From: Oscillospiraceae bacterium
Lineage (GTDB): Bacteria; Bacillota; Clostridia; UBA1212; UBA1255
DNA length: 64,000 nt
Direction of reading: 5' to 3'
NCBI GenBank assembly: GCA_015069185.1
Contig: SVJB01000008.1
Span: forward strand, 3,273 to 67,272
The notes under the pieces were generated by a model. It was not told the DNA's origin. It did no database searches and saw nothing but the letters and a program-made list of their open reading frames with translations. The translations under genes and the position numbers were made by a program. This document shows, piece by piece, positions 1 to 10,410 of the stretch; position 1 is the first letter of the stretch, and the number at the start of each line of letters is the position of its first letter.

Positions 1-12
1 ATCATAGAATAT

Positions 13-3000
13 ATGTTAGATGTTAATAAAACAGCACCACTTGCTACAAAAGAATTAGGGTGTATAGAAGAAACAATGCGTTTTGCCCTGATCGCGCAGC
101 TATCAGAAGTCTGCGTGTATACAGAAAATGTCAGGCAAGAAACTCAAAAGGCAGAAAATTTATTTGGTAGGTACTTAAACTATATAGGAAACGGTGACGA
201 CAGGAGTATACAGGCATGGATAAAAGGTGTTGGGGATATTACGCCTGTATTTGCTCAGACTGTATTAAAATTGTGTGCCTCAAAGGTACAGGACACTGCT
301 CAAATGAGACAGATACTTACCCGTAAGATAGCAGGTCGTAATACTTCCATTGATGAGATTATAGCCCTGGAACATAAGAACGCTATCACAAACGGTGTGT
401 TAGCCGGAAATCTGATAAACAGTATGAGAGCCTTGGGGAATCTTGATTGGCAAGATATTACGTCCCGGATAAGCACAGTAAAACAAATATTAAATAAAGA
501 TCCTGCAGGAATATATCCAAGGATGACAGAAGAGTCAAGAGACGAATATGTACGTATTGTGAATCTCTGTGCAAAGAAAACAGGCCGATCACCGGAAACA
601 GTTGCTATGGAAGCCATAGAAGCAGCTCAAAGTCATAAAACAGAGAATCATGTAGGGCAACACATTTATCGAATGCATGAAAAAGAGAATCCGGGCAGGG
701 CTTTTTACGCATTTCTTATTTTCACAATATGTGTATTGAGCTTATGTCCGGGAATATTGATTGTACGTAAGCTAATCAGAATATGGCAAACTAATATAAC
801 GACTCAGGATATTATAATTAGCTGTGCTATCACACTTGCAGCTGTGATCATAATGTTGTGCATTTTAATTATTTCATTTAACATTGCAGTCAGAACAGCC
901 CAACGAAGACATCTTTATAAAAGAAGACCTCAAGTATTGCCGGCATTGGATTTTAAAGGCAAGCTGCCGGATGAATGTTCTGTAATGGTAGCGGTACCAT
1001 GCTTGTTATCATCGGAAGAACGTGCCAGGAACTTGATACAACAGCTGGAAAGAATGCAACTTTCCAACAAAGATGACAATATTTATTTTATTTTATTAGG
1101 TGATTTACCTGAGTCAAAGAGTAAAGACGACATGGGAGATAGTGTGCTTTATGATGTTTGTGCAAAGGAGATACAAGCGTTAAATAACAAATACTGTACA
1201 GGAAAAAGAAAACGTTTTTATTGCAAAATACGAGAACGCACATATTACGAAAATGATAAAAAATGGATAGGATATGAAAGAAAAAGAGGCGCTTTATTAG
1301 GTCTGAATGAAGATATAGAAGCAGGTATATTACCTGCAGTACGTTTTGTGCTGACACTGGATGCAGACACAATATTGCCGGCTCATACAGTATGCCGTAT
1401 GGCTCAGATTATGATGCATCCTATGAATACACCGGTAGTTGAGTATGTAAATGGAGTCCCGATAATAACAAAAGGATATGGTATATTACAGCCTGCTGTG
1501 TTGCCGCTTGGCAGGAAAACCGATTCGATTTTCACAAAATCATATGCAAATGCAAGGGGATTTGACATTTACGGAGTGAAATACTCCGACTTTTATTTTG
1601 ATATCTTCAAAGAGGGAATATATACGGGAAAAGGGATGTATGACCCGGTGCTATTTAATCATGTACTGAAAGATTTATTTCCGGATAATAGCATCCTGAG
1701 TCATGATTTGTTAGAAGGTTCATTTATGAGGACTGCCTTTGCGTCGGATATTCGTCTCTATGATGAATATCCTAAGAGTTATATAAGCTATTTTTCTCGC
1801 CAGCACAGGTGGACAAGAGGCGATTGGCAACTGATTCCATATATAAAAAAGCATTTTCTGACAAAGAATGGTAGATATATCAGTAATCCTCTTAATGCAA
1901 TATCGCGCTTTAAAATGGTGGGCAATCTATTGGGAAGTTTGTTTTTGCCGGCTGTTTTGTTTACTGTATTATTAGGTGTACTGTTTTTGCCGGGATTTGC
2001 GTATCTGTGGCTTGCTATTATGATACTGTCCATAGGGATGTGCAGTACTATGCGCGAATTGGTTTTTGAGCTTCTTTTCTTGCCGCACAAGGCCGTTCTG
2101 ATGCTGGATGCTGCTCTGCGGGCTATGTGGCGTACGAATGTATCACATAGTCATATGTTAGATTGGGTGACGGCTGCAGATAGTGACAGACGAGGGAAGC
2201 AAACAATTTTCACATATTATAGTGAAATGTTGTCAAATCTTATTGCTGCCGTCTTATGTTTTAGATATTTTGGAGCGGCGTTGTCTGTTGTGTGGTTGTT
2301 GGCGCCTCTGGTAGCTTGCCTGACATCAAGACCATTGGGCCGAAGGAAGAGACAAGGACTGTCAGCCGGAGAGCGGGATTCATTGACAGAACTGGCTTAC
2401 AGAACCTGGCAATATTATGCAGTATATGCAAATGAAGAAAATCATTACTTACCTCCGGACAATGTGCAGTTTGCTGAAGAAGAGAAGATAGCATACAGAA
2501 CATCACCTACCAATATCGGGTTTTGTTTTCTGGCTGTTTTTATTAGTCTTAGATTTGAATTCATCACACAAGAGGCAGCTTTAGATAGAGCAGAGAAAAT
2601 GATAGATGTGATTGAAATGCTGCCAAAAGAGCGAGGTCATTTGTATAATTGGATAGACACCAGGTCATTGTGTGCGTTACAGCCGCTGTTTGTTTCTACT
2701 GTAGATAGTGGTAATTTTGTAGCTTGCCTTGCTTGTAGTGCATGTATTCTTGAGACTTTACCAGTAGATAAACCATCGATAGAGCGACGGATAGCTGGAC
2801 TTTGCTGTAGAATAAATAATATTATAAACAATACTGATTTTTCTTTTTTGTACGACAATGGCAAGAAAGCACTCTCTACAGGATTTAATATTGGTGAAAA
2901 TAAAATATCTGATTCGTTTTACGATATTATTGCATCTGAATCAAGGCTGACAATGTATATTGCGGTAGCCATGGGACAGGTGCCGCTTAGATGTTATACC

Positions 3001-4842
3001 CATGCGGCCAGACGGTTTTCACAGGATAATCCTGATCTGCTATTGTCGTGGTCAGGTACTGCTTTTGAGTATTTATTGCCGGATTTATTCTTTGAGACTG
3101 AATATGACAACATGTGGGGAGATGTAATTGATGAGATGCTTCATGCCCAACAGGAATATGGAAAAAAACATCGTATTCCATGGGGAATATCTGAATCTGG
3201 ATTTTACATGCAAGATGTTGGATTAAATTTTAAATATAAAGCGCATGGGATACCGGAGGCGGCAATATCACGCAACGTATCAGACAGCATGGTTGTCAGC
3301 CCGTATTCTTCTATTATGGCTCTGGGTAGAATACCTCACAGGGTAATGCGTAATCTTAAATGTCTGGAAGAGGATGGAGGCAGAGGGGATTATGGCTTTT
3401 ATGAAGCAATAGATTATTCAGATAATAGAATAAATGTGGTGAACTCGTATATGGCTCACCATTTGGGAATGCAGCTTGTTGCGATATGTAATTTCCTGTG
3501 TGGTGACTATGTAAAGAAACATTTTATGTTATTTCCTCTGATGCGGTCGGCAGAATATTTATTAGCGGAGATAATGAACAATAAAAGTATAAAATATACC
3601 AAAAATCACAGGCAGAAAAAAGCAACACTGCCTGTAAGTAAACCTGTGCTTGACAATAGGCATGATATACCTGAAGTATGTAAGAAACCGGTGGGAATAT
3701 ATTCAAATGGTAATCTTTGTGCAGCTTTTAACAATGAAGGGATCTCAAAGATAACTGTCAATGGAATTACGTTGACAGATGCGATTCATATATTTGCCGG
3801 CACAAAGATACCTGATGTAAAGCAGGCGTATGTTTACCCGGAAAAGGCAGAGGTGTCTATGACTACACATTTCGGAGAATTACGTGTGCAGATATGCGTG
3901 CCTGCAGATGATAATAGCGTTGTTTACCGTATAAAAGCAAAAGAAAACACTGTCATCTCACTATACACAGATCTTATAATGGCTACGGATAGTGACTATA
4001 ATGCTCATCCTGCTTTCTGTAGTATGTTTGTAGTTACAGAGGTTATTTATGTGGATCATACGCCTGTAATCGTGGCAAGAAAACAGTCCGGAAGAGAGAA
4101 TCAGCCGGCACTGTATGTGTGTGCAGGCTTCACAAAAGGAATCCATCCGGAATACGATACGGATGCGCTGTATGTTAAGGGCCGCAATGGGGATAGCAGA
4201 ATGCCTGAACTGATTTGTAATGACAGGCCCATGGCAGGTAATATAGGCGCTGTGTTATATCCTTGTCTGTCTTTTTGTTTGAAAATGCCGGAAGACGAAG
4301 AACTTGGTTTCTTTATAGGCTCTGCATATAATCGTGATGACATAATAAATATTGCTGAAAAATATATAGATTTTTCCAATATAGACAGAGCGTTTGCGTT
4401 ATCTCGCACCCGACACATGATAGAAAGAGAGCATCTAAACCTGGCTCGGGGTGATGTTAATTATTTCTTTATTCATCTTCCGGAACTTATGAAAGGGTCC
4501 AGATCTATTACACGTATGCGTCAGCTATGGCAATATGGCATTTCAGGACAAAGACCTGTAATTTGTATATCTATCAGACATCCGGAACGTATTGATGATA
4601 TAAAGAAAATAATGCGCATGTGGTGCTTTTATAGTTTCAGAGGGTTTATTGTTGATCTGGCATTAGTGTGTTGTGACAGTACAGGATATCTGGCGCCTAT
4701 TCGAGATATGGCTGATATGTTGGTAGCACGGGCTTTATCACTTGATTGTTGTTGCCATGGTGAGATTTATGTCATAACACCGCCTGATGGAGAATGTCCC
4801 AAGACGCTACGCGACAATGTTGATTTGTTTTACTGCTTTTGA
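13..4842 (+). CDS. Cyclic beta-1,2-glucan synthase (Cgs/NdvB)-like membrane glycosyltransferase, GT84-like domain plus central soluble domain; 5' end may lie upstream of the window
   Basis: 1609-aa ORF, and the frame is open from base 1. It carries the DxD-type motif LTLDADTILP and QHRWTRGDWQ (Q-x-x-RW of processive GT2/GT84 enzymes), bracketed by hydrophobic TM stretches. A later soluble region has ENHYLPPDNVQ...YRTSPTNIGF, typical of the (alpha/alpha)6 glucan-binding region of Cgs/NdvB-type proteins. Confidence 0.7.
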   Translation: MLDVNKTAPLATKELGCIEETMRFALIAQLSEVCVYTENVRQETQKAENLFGRYLNYIGNGDDRSIQAWIKGVGDITPVFAQTVLKLCASKVQDTAQMRQILTRKIAGRNTSIDEIIALEHKNAITNGVLAGNLINSMRALGNLDWQDITSRISTVKQILNKDPAGIYPRMTEESRDEYVRIVNLCAKKTGRSPETVAMEAIEAAQSHKTENHVGQHIYRMHEKENPGRAFYAFLIFTICVLSLCPGILIVRKLIRIWQTNITTQDIIISCAITLAAVIIMLCILIISFNIAVRTAQRRHLYKRRPQVLPALDFKGKLPDECSVMVAVPCLLSSEERARNLIQQLERMQLSNKDDNIYFILLGDLPESKSKDDMGDSVLYDVCAKEIQALNNKYCTGKRKRFYCKIRERTYYENDKKWIGYERKRGALLGLNEDIEAGILPAVRFVLTLDADTILPAHTVCRMAQIMMHPMNTPVVEYVNGVPIITKGYGILQPAVLPLGRKTDSIFTKSYANARGFDIYGVKYSDFYFDIFKEGIYTGKGMYDPVLFNHVLKDLFPDNSILSHDLLEGSFMRTAFASDIRLYDEYPKSYISYFSRQHRWTRGDWQLIPYIKKHFLTKNGRYISNPLNAISRFKMVGNLLGSLFLPAVLFTVLLGVLFLPGFAYLWLAIMILSIGMCSTMRELVFELLFLPHKAVLMLDAALRAMWRTNVSHSHMLDWVTAADSDRRGKQTIFTYYSEMLSNLIAAVLCFRYFGAALSVVWLLAPLVACLTSRPLGRRKRQGLSAGERDSLTELAYRTWQYYAVYANEENHYLPPDNVQFAEEEKIAYRTSPTNIGFCFLAVFISLRFEFITQEAALDRAEKMIDVIEMLPKERGHLYNWIDTRSLCALQPLFVSTVDSGNFVACLACSACILETLPVDKPSIERRIAGLCCRINNIINNTDFSFLYDNGKKALSTGFNIGENKISDSFYDIIASESRLTMYIAVAMGQVPLRCYTHAARRFSQDNPDLLLSWSGTAFEYLLPDLFFETEYDNMWGDVIDEMLHAQQEYGKKHRIPWGISESGFYMQDVGLNFKYKAHGIPEAAISRNVSDSMVVSPYSSIMALGRIPHRVMRNLKCLEEDGGRGDYGFYEAIDYSDNRINVVNSYMAHHLGMQLVAICNFLCGDYVKKHFMLFPLMRSAEYLLAEIMNNKSIKYTKNHRQKKATLPVSKPVLDNRHDIPEVCKKPVGIYSNGNLCAAFNNEGISKITVNGITLTDAIHIFAGTKIPDVKQAYVYPEKAEVSMTTHFGELRVQICVPADDNSVVYRIKAKENTVISLYTDLIMATDSDYNAHPAFCSMFVVTEVIYVDHTPVIVARKQSGRENQPALYVCAGFTKGIHPEYDTDALYVKGRNGDSRMPELICNDRPMAGNIGAVLYPCLSFCLKMPEDEELGFFIGSAYNRDDIINIAEKYIDFSNIDRAFALSRTRHMIEREHLNLARGDVNYFFIHLPELMKGSRSITRMRQLWQYGISGQRPVICISIRHPERIDDIKKIMRMWCFYSFRGFIVDLALVCCDSTGYLAPIRDMADMLVARALSLDCCCHGEIYVITPPDGECPKTLRDNVDLFYCF

Positions 4843-4850
4843 GGTGTATT

Positions 4851-6962
4851 ATGAATTACGATAATCTAATATTTTATAACGGGTTTGGTGGCTTTGACAG
4901 TCGTACAGGTGAATATATAATTGATGGAAGCAAGCGGACTCCGCTGGCCTGGAGTAATGTTGTGACAAGCCCTACAGGATATCCTTTTGGCTTTATAATC
5001 ACTGAACGTGGCGGAGGTTATGTATGGAAATATAACAGCAGAGAAAACCGCCTGACTAAATGGCACGGTAGCTGCGCCTTTGATGTTCCGAATGAATGGA
5101 TCGGGCTTACTGTAAATGATGGTACCAAAAGCATACAACAACAACTTATATGTGAAAATGATGAGGTTCGCTTTGGATTTGGGTATAGTATTTTTCACAG
5201 GAAAATCAAGGAAATGGATGTAAGCACCAAGGTGACTGTGTATGTGGCTGAAAATGATCCTGTAAAGCTTACTTTGGTAGAGATAATACCAAATTCTGCA
5301 GATGTATGTGTGACTATTAAATACCATGCTGATATTTGTGAGGATACAGACACCTTTGTTTCCAATGCTTTTGATTGTGAAAATATAAGAATAAAACAGG
5401 GACAGATATTTCGCAATGTGTATATGTTGGGACAAGAGACTTTGGATAAACAAGGAAATATAATTGATAAATATTCAGATGTGTCATTTTGTGTGGATTG
5501 TCTGGAAAAAGTATCTGAAAACTGGAAAAAACTTACCGGAACAATCCAGGTACAATCAGAGGACAGGGAACTGGATTGCCTTATGAATGGTTGGCTATTG
5601 TATCAGACGATTTCTTGCCGATTGTATGCAAGGAGCTCGATGTATCAATCTGGTGGCGCGTATGGATATCGTGATCAGCTACAGGACACTATTGCTGTTA
5701 ATTATGTAGCACCTGACATATCACGCAAGAGAATACTTGATCACTGCGCTCATCAATACCTGAATGGAAACGTGCAACATTGGTGGCATCCTGCATATCG
5801 TGATGTAGACGAGTTTGGCATACAAAGTAAGTATAGTGATGACATGTTATGGCTTGTTTTCTGCACATATAAATATGTTATATGTACAGGAGATGTCAGT
5901 ATTCTGCATAGACAAGTTTCATACATTGACAGCGATGGCATGACGGAAAGTCTGTTTGAACATTGCATGCGCAGTATTGATTATGCCAATAAATTGGGAT
6001 CTGATGGATTACCCCTGATGAGAGGTGGGGATTGGAATGACGGCATGAATAAAATCGGGAATGATGGCAAGGGACAGAGCGTGTGGCTTGGATGGTTCTT
6101 GCGTTGCTGTCTGGATGCTATTTGTAAATTATCAGAACTTGCAGATGCAAAGAATCCTGACTATGTTTTAAAACGTAAAGAGTGGCAACAGCAGGCGGCA
6201 AACCTGGTAGATAATATTAATAACAACGCTTGGGATGGCAAATGGTATATAAGAGCCATTACTGATGAAGGTGACAAAGTAGGCAGTAGACTTAGTGATG
6301 AATGCAAGATAGATTCCGTATCTCAATCCTGGAGCGTGCTGAGTTTTGAGAGCACCGAGCACCTACAATCTGTAGATGACCGATCCTGCGTAGCGATAGA
6401 AAATGCAGTTAAATATCTGTTCGATGAGGATGCAGGATTGGTACGTTTATTATGGCCACCCTTTTCACAGGAGAGTATAGATAAAATAGGATATATAGCA
6501 GCATATCCGCCGGGACTTCGTGAGAATGGTGCATATACTCATGCCGCTGTGTGGTTGGCTCGAAGTCTTATGAATATACACGGCAAAGAATCTTTGGGAT
6601 ATAAAATGCTCAAAGCGGTGAATCCTATAAATCATACTGCAACACGCGGTGAGTGTGCTCTGTATAGAGTAGAACCATATGTAATAGCAGCAGATATTTA
6701 CTCTCATGGTCGTAATGCCGGTAAAGGTGGCTGGACGTGGTATACAGGTTCTGCATCATGGTATTTTGTTACTGTGCTTGAGAGTTTGTTTGGCTTTGTC
6801 CGCAAAGGCTCGTGGATTGAGATCGACAGTAAATATCATCGTCAGGTGATTATTACGTACAGATACAGAAGCACAGTATATAAATTCAGAATCACTCCAT
6901 ATGGGAAAGGTAGTTTCCAACTGACAGATGATGGTAATTTGCACGAAATTGCTGTGAAATAA
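4851..6962 (+). CDS. GH94 (cellobiose / beta-1,2-oligoglucan phosphorylase-like) module, separate ORF
   Basis: The N-terminus FYNGFGGFDSRTGEYII...TPLAWSNVV...NSRENRLTKW and the loop RGGDWNDGMN match GH94 hallmarks. The ORF track starts at TTG 4839, but ATG 4851 sits 6 nt behind GAGG (4841-4844). The upstream stop is TGA 4840-4842. Confidence 0.75.
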   Translation: MNYDNLIFYNGFGGFDSRTGEYIIDGSKRTPLAWSNVVTSPTGYPFGFIITERGGGYVWKYNSRENRLTKWHGSCAFDVPNEWIGLTVNDGTKSIQQQLICENDEVRFGFGYSIFHRKIKEMDVSTKVTVYVAENDPVKLTLVEIIPNSADVCVTIKYHADICEDTDTFVSNAFDCENIRIKQGQIFRNVYMLGQETLDKQGNIIDKYSDVSFCVDCLEKVSENWKKLTGTIQVQSEDRELDCLMNGWLLYQTISCRLYARSSMYQSGGAYGYRDQLQDTIAVNYVAPDISRKRILDHCAHQYLNGNVQHWWHPAYRDVDEFGIQSKYSDDMLWLVFCTYKYVICTGDVSILHRQVSYIDSDGMTESLFEHCMRSIDYANKLGSDGLPLMRGGDWNDGMNKIGNDGKGQSVWLGWFLRCCLDAICKLSELADAKNPDYVLKRKEWQQQAANLVDNINNNAWDGKWYIRAITDEGDKVGSRLSDECKIDSVSQSWSVLSFESTEHLQSVDDRSCVAIENAVKYLFDEDAGLVRLLWPPFSQESIDKIGYIAAYPPGLRENGAYTHAAVWLARSLMNIHGKESLGYKMLKAVNPINHTATRGECALYRVEPYVIAADIYSHGRNAGKGGWTWYTGSASWYFVTVLESLFGFVRKGSWIEIDSKYHRQVIITYRYRSTVYKFRITPYGKGSFQLTDDGNLHEIAVK

Positions 6963-7046
6963 GCTATAAAATACTATGAAAATCCATTGTTTTTTTTTAG
7001 TATTATGGTACAATATCACTAAAGAAATTTATGTTGAGGTATTGTT

Positions 7047-8393
7047 TTGCAAGCTGATGTGTCCAAAGAAAAAGTAACACCTGATAATAGACATAATAAG
7101 ATAGCTGTACGCTTGATTCTTATTATAGTGGCTACCATTGTTGTGATAGCCATATCAAGTCTCGTGTATGTAAAGATAAGTCGAGATTTGGAAAATGCAA
7201 ACAGTATACATTTTTCTTATGTTTCAAAGGAATTTGTTGATTCTATTACAGAACCTGAAAATAATATACAGGGTATTGAGGATATAGGAAGTGTAGAGGA
7301 AATTATTTATAGCGAGGATAAGCAATCTGAGATACTCGTATCTATGAAGATAAAAGATATTCCTGACAGCGGTCTTAAGAATATTTCATCTGAGTTTTTC
7401 AAGCAGCATTTGTCTGATAAGGAAAAGACAGTATATAATTCTATAATGTTTGCATACCAGAATGGGTATAATTATATAGGTTTTTCAGATCGTAAATTTG
7501 ATGCTCAGATGTTATCCAAAGCTACTTTCTATATTATGTGTGATAATCCATATATTGAGATCAATCTGGAAAGATCGATTATTTCCAAAAATGGATATGT
7601 ATATCTGTTTTTCCCGAATATGACCCCTGATAAGAAAGAATACAATGATCTGGCTTATGAAGAGGCTGTTAAGATTATAGCAGGTGTGTCAGATGAGCTT
7701 GAGACAGAATACGCAGTGGCCAAGTATTTATATGAATATCTTGTATGCAATACAAATTATACTCAGGATACTGAATATGATAGCAGTGTAGAGCCTGCTC
7801 TGTATCATGCACTGACGGGCCAGATGACAAACTGTGATGGTTTTGCTAATGCTTTGACAATTTTATATAATATGGCAGGTATTGAATGCTTTAATGTATT
7901 CTATCCCGGTGACGATCTTGGTCCCGGACATACATGGTGTATAGCAAATCTGGATGGTGAATATTATCATTTGGATCCATCTAATGACGCATCCGTATAC
8001 CAGGTAATACAGACTACAGACAGCTTTTCTTTCCTCTGTGCATCAGACCAGGTTAAGATGGCTAATTCATATTATCATGAGTCAATCAGTGAATTGGTAC
8101 CAAAGTGTACTGATACACAGTATGATTATGCAAATGTAGATATTCACATTGATGCTACAGATGTAGACACAGCATTCAATGATGCTGTTAATTATATAAC
8201 AGAGCTGGGCCTTGAAGAAGATATGACTGATCGCGAGTATTTCCTCGTTAATTTCAATTTGTTGAATGGTATGGAAGATGGTGTTCGTGACACATTTATT
8301 CGTGGTTTGGTAATGAGAATTGAAGAAAAATATGTTGTTGAGGGCTATGCATATATTGGAGCCGGTACAGTATTTATCTTATTATCTGTATAA
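7047..8393 (+). CDS. Membrane-anchored transglutaminase-like (Cys-His-Asp) domain protein
   Basis: There is an N-terminal TM helix (LILIIVATIVVIAISSLVYV). The core NCDGFANAL...GHTWCIANL...YHLDPSND fits the transglutaminase-like cysteine protease fold. TTG start with a GAGGT RBS. Confidence 0.6.
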   Translation: MQADVSKEKVTPDNRHNKIAVRLILIIVATIVVIAISSLVYVKISRDLENANSIHFSYVSKEFVDSITEPENNIQGIEDIGSVEEIIYSEDKQSEILVSMKIKDIPDSGLKNISSEFFKQHLSDKEKTVYNSIMFAYQNGYNYIGFSDRKFDAQMLSKATFYIMCDNPYIEINLERSIISKNGYVYLFFPNMTPDKKEYNDLAYEEAVKIIAGVSDELETEYAVAKYLYEYLVCNTNYTQDTEYDSSVEPALYHALTGQMTNCDGFANALTILYNMAGIECFNVFYPGDDLGPGHTWCIANLDGEYYHLDPSNDASVYQVIQTTDSFSFLCASDQVKMANSYYHESISELVPKCTDTQYDYANVDIHIDATDVDTAFNDAVNYITELGLEEDMTDREYFLVNFNLLNGMEDGVRDTFIRGLVMRIEEKYVVEGYAYIGAGTVFILLSV

Positions 8394-8422
8394 AAATATA
8401 ATAATTTAGGATGGATTGATCT

Positions 8423-9694
8423 ATGTTTAAATATGATGAATCTTTGAATGTAACTTATATACCCTCGTACTATCCCACCGGAAAATACGAGGGTATTCGT
8501 GCACTTACATATGACGGACCAGAAACAAATGGTAAGAAAACCAAAGTGTTTGCATATATGGGAGTGCCGGATGGATATGATATGGATCGCAATTACGAAC
8601 ATAAAATACCTGCTATGGTGCTTGTTCATGGCGGCTGTGGATATGCTTTTCTGGATTGGGTCAAGCAGTGGAATGATCGTGGGTATGCCGCTATCTCTAT
8701 ATGCAACGTAGGTTTGTTTCCTGTAAGACGTAATGCCGGAGACAGAGAAGGTGCTATCTTTGAGGACTGGACCCATGAATTGTGTGGTGTCTTTGCGCAA
8801 GAGGATTATACAGTACCACCTACTTATGATGATATGCAACTGAGTGAATGCCAAAGTATAGACAGTATGTGGATGTATCATGCAGTAGCACAGGTTATAC
8901 GGGCCTATGATGTTATTGCGGCCTTGGGCTGTGTTGACAGTCAAAAAGTTGGCTTGATGGGTATATCATGGGGTAGCGTTGTTACTTCTATTGCTATTGG
9001 ATATGATAACTCATACGCTTTTGCTATACCGGTTTACGGCTCCGGATATCTGGACGAGGCGCTGTCTTTTATGCGCTTTAAGTTTAATGTACCTCGTTCT
9101 AAGCAAATGTGGTTGGCGCAGGAACGATTTTCTAATGTTAATATACCTGTTTTGTGGCTGTGTATGAATGACGATTTTGCGTTTTCTGCCAATTCAAACA
9201 GTAAATCCTATGCTGATACGTGCAAGAATAACAGCTTGACACAGCTTAGTATCAAGTCGGGGTGGGTACACGGACACAGCTGCAGCTGGGATACTGATAA
9301 TTATGAGTGTCATGAGATATATAAATTTGCAGATGCGATGACAAGGGATAAGGGTTCATTTACATATATTACACAACAAGAATATAATAAGGAGTTGGAA
9401 CAAGAGGGGACGTTATCTGTTATTTTCACCGGTGAGAATAATAGCAGTGTTTCATATGCTGCCACTTTATATTATCAGACCGATTATGAATATGCGTATA
9501 CATTTCCCGCTGATATTCATAAATGTTATCTTGCTCATAAATGGAAAACCGCAGAGGCTACGGTAACATCAAAAGACGGTGGTTCTTTCCTCGCTGTAGC
9601 AAGAATTCCTGAAAACACAACATACTGTTATTTGGAAATTGCTGCCAAAACGGACAATATAAAGTATGTAGTGAGCTCAAAGTTTTATTCCTGA
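8423..9694 (+). CDS. Alpha/beta-hydrolase fold esterase
   Basis: GLMGISWGS is a nucleophile elbow (G-x-S-x-G). PAMVLVHGGCGYAF is an oxyanion-region motif, and there is a late WVHGHS histidine. Substrate is unknown. Confidence 0.55.
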   Translation: MFKYDESLNVTYIPSYYPTGKYEGIRALTYDGPETNGKKTKVFAYMGVPDGYDMDRNYEHKIPAMVLVHGGCGYAFLDWVKQWNDRGYAAISICNVGLFPVRRNAGDREGAIFEDWTHELCGVFAQEDYTVPPTYDDMQLSECQSIDSMWMYHAVAQVIRAYDVIAALGCVDSQKVGLMGISWGSVVTSIAIGYDNSYAFAIPVYGSGYLDEALSFMRFKFNVPRSKQMWLAQERFSNVNIPVLWLCMNDDFAFSANSNSKSYADTCKNNSLTQLSIKSGWVHGHSCSWDTDNYECHEIYKFADAMTRDKGSFTYITQQEYNKELEQEGTLSVIFTGENNSSVSYAATLYYQTDYEYAYTFPADIHKCYLAHKWKTAEATVTSKDGGSFLAVARIPENTTYCYLEIAAKTDNIKYVVSSKFYS

Positions 9695-10393
9695 ATGATT
9701 AATATGAATATGAGAAATAAACTGATAAAGTTGTGCAGATTAACTCAAGAACAGTTAAAACAGCATATGATATGGGAACTTAAGGCTCTGCTTGGCAATG
9801 TGACTGTGGGTGATGGATATGTGTTGGCAAAGGGCGATTTCCCAGTGCTGTTAGTCGCTCATCTTGATACTGTTCACAGTCAATTGCCGGAGGATATTGT
9901 TTATGATGAACTTGAGGATGTACTCTCCTCGGCGCAGGGTATTGGCGGCGATGATAGGTGCGGTGTTCTTATGATTCTCGAATTAATTCATAAGCATAGG
10001 TGTTCTGTGCTTCTGTGCGAGGATGAGGAGCAGCATGGTGTGGGTGCTATGAAGTTTGTCACGAGCAAAGATATTGATGGACTTTTTTTTAATTATATTA
10101 TAGAATTTGACAGGAAGGGCAGTAATGATGCGGTGTTTTATAAGTGCGCAAATCAAGCCTTTATTGATTTTGTTACGGCTGATTATTACCAGCAGGATTA
10201 CGGCACGTTTTCTGATATTTGTGTAGTAGCGCCTCGGATTGGATGTGCAGCTGTTAACTTGTCTTGTGGATATTATAATGCTCATACATTATCGGAATAT
10301 GTTGTGATTAAGGAAATGCAAGACTGTATTGATGCGGCTGACCGATTGCTCGGACGTACAAAGGAAACGGATAAGTTCGGTTTTGATGACTAA
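9695..10393 (+). CDS. Small M20/M28/M42-like metallopeptidase-fold protein
   Basis: Metal-ligand style motifs VLLVAHLDTVH, GGDDRCGV and CEDEEQHG are present. The gene starts immediately after the upstream stop codon. Confidence 0.4.
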   Translation: MINMNMRNKLIKLCRLTQEQLKQHMIWELKALLGNVTVGDGYVLAKGDFPVLLVAHLDTVHSQLPEDIVYDELEDVLSSAQGIGGDDRCGVLMILELIHKHRCSVLLCEDEEQHGVGAMKFVTSKDIDGLFFNYIIEFDRKGSNDAVFYKCANQAFIDFVTADYYQQDYGTFSDICVVAPRIGCAAVNLSCGYYNAHTLSEYVVIKEMQDCIDAADRLLGRTKETDKFGFDD

Positions 10394-10410
10394 AAGGAGG
10401 CAGATACTTT

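Noticed and set aside
4866-5453. 195-aa minus-strand ORF. The same applies to the 199-aa minus-strand ORF at 8345-8944 and the 123-aa ORF at 12607-12978.
   Set aside because: All lie antisense to well-supported plus-strand genes. Their I/F/Y/K-rich, low-information translations are typical of AT-rich antisense frames.
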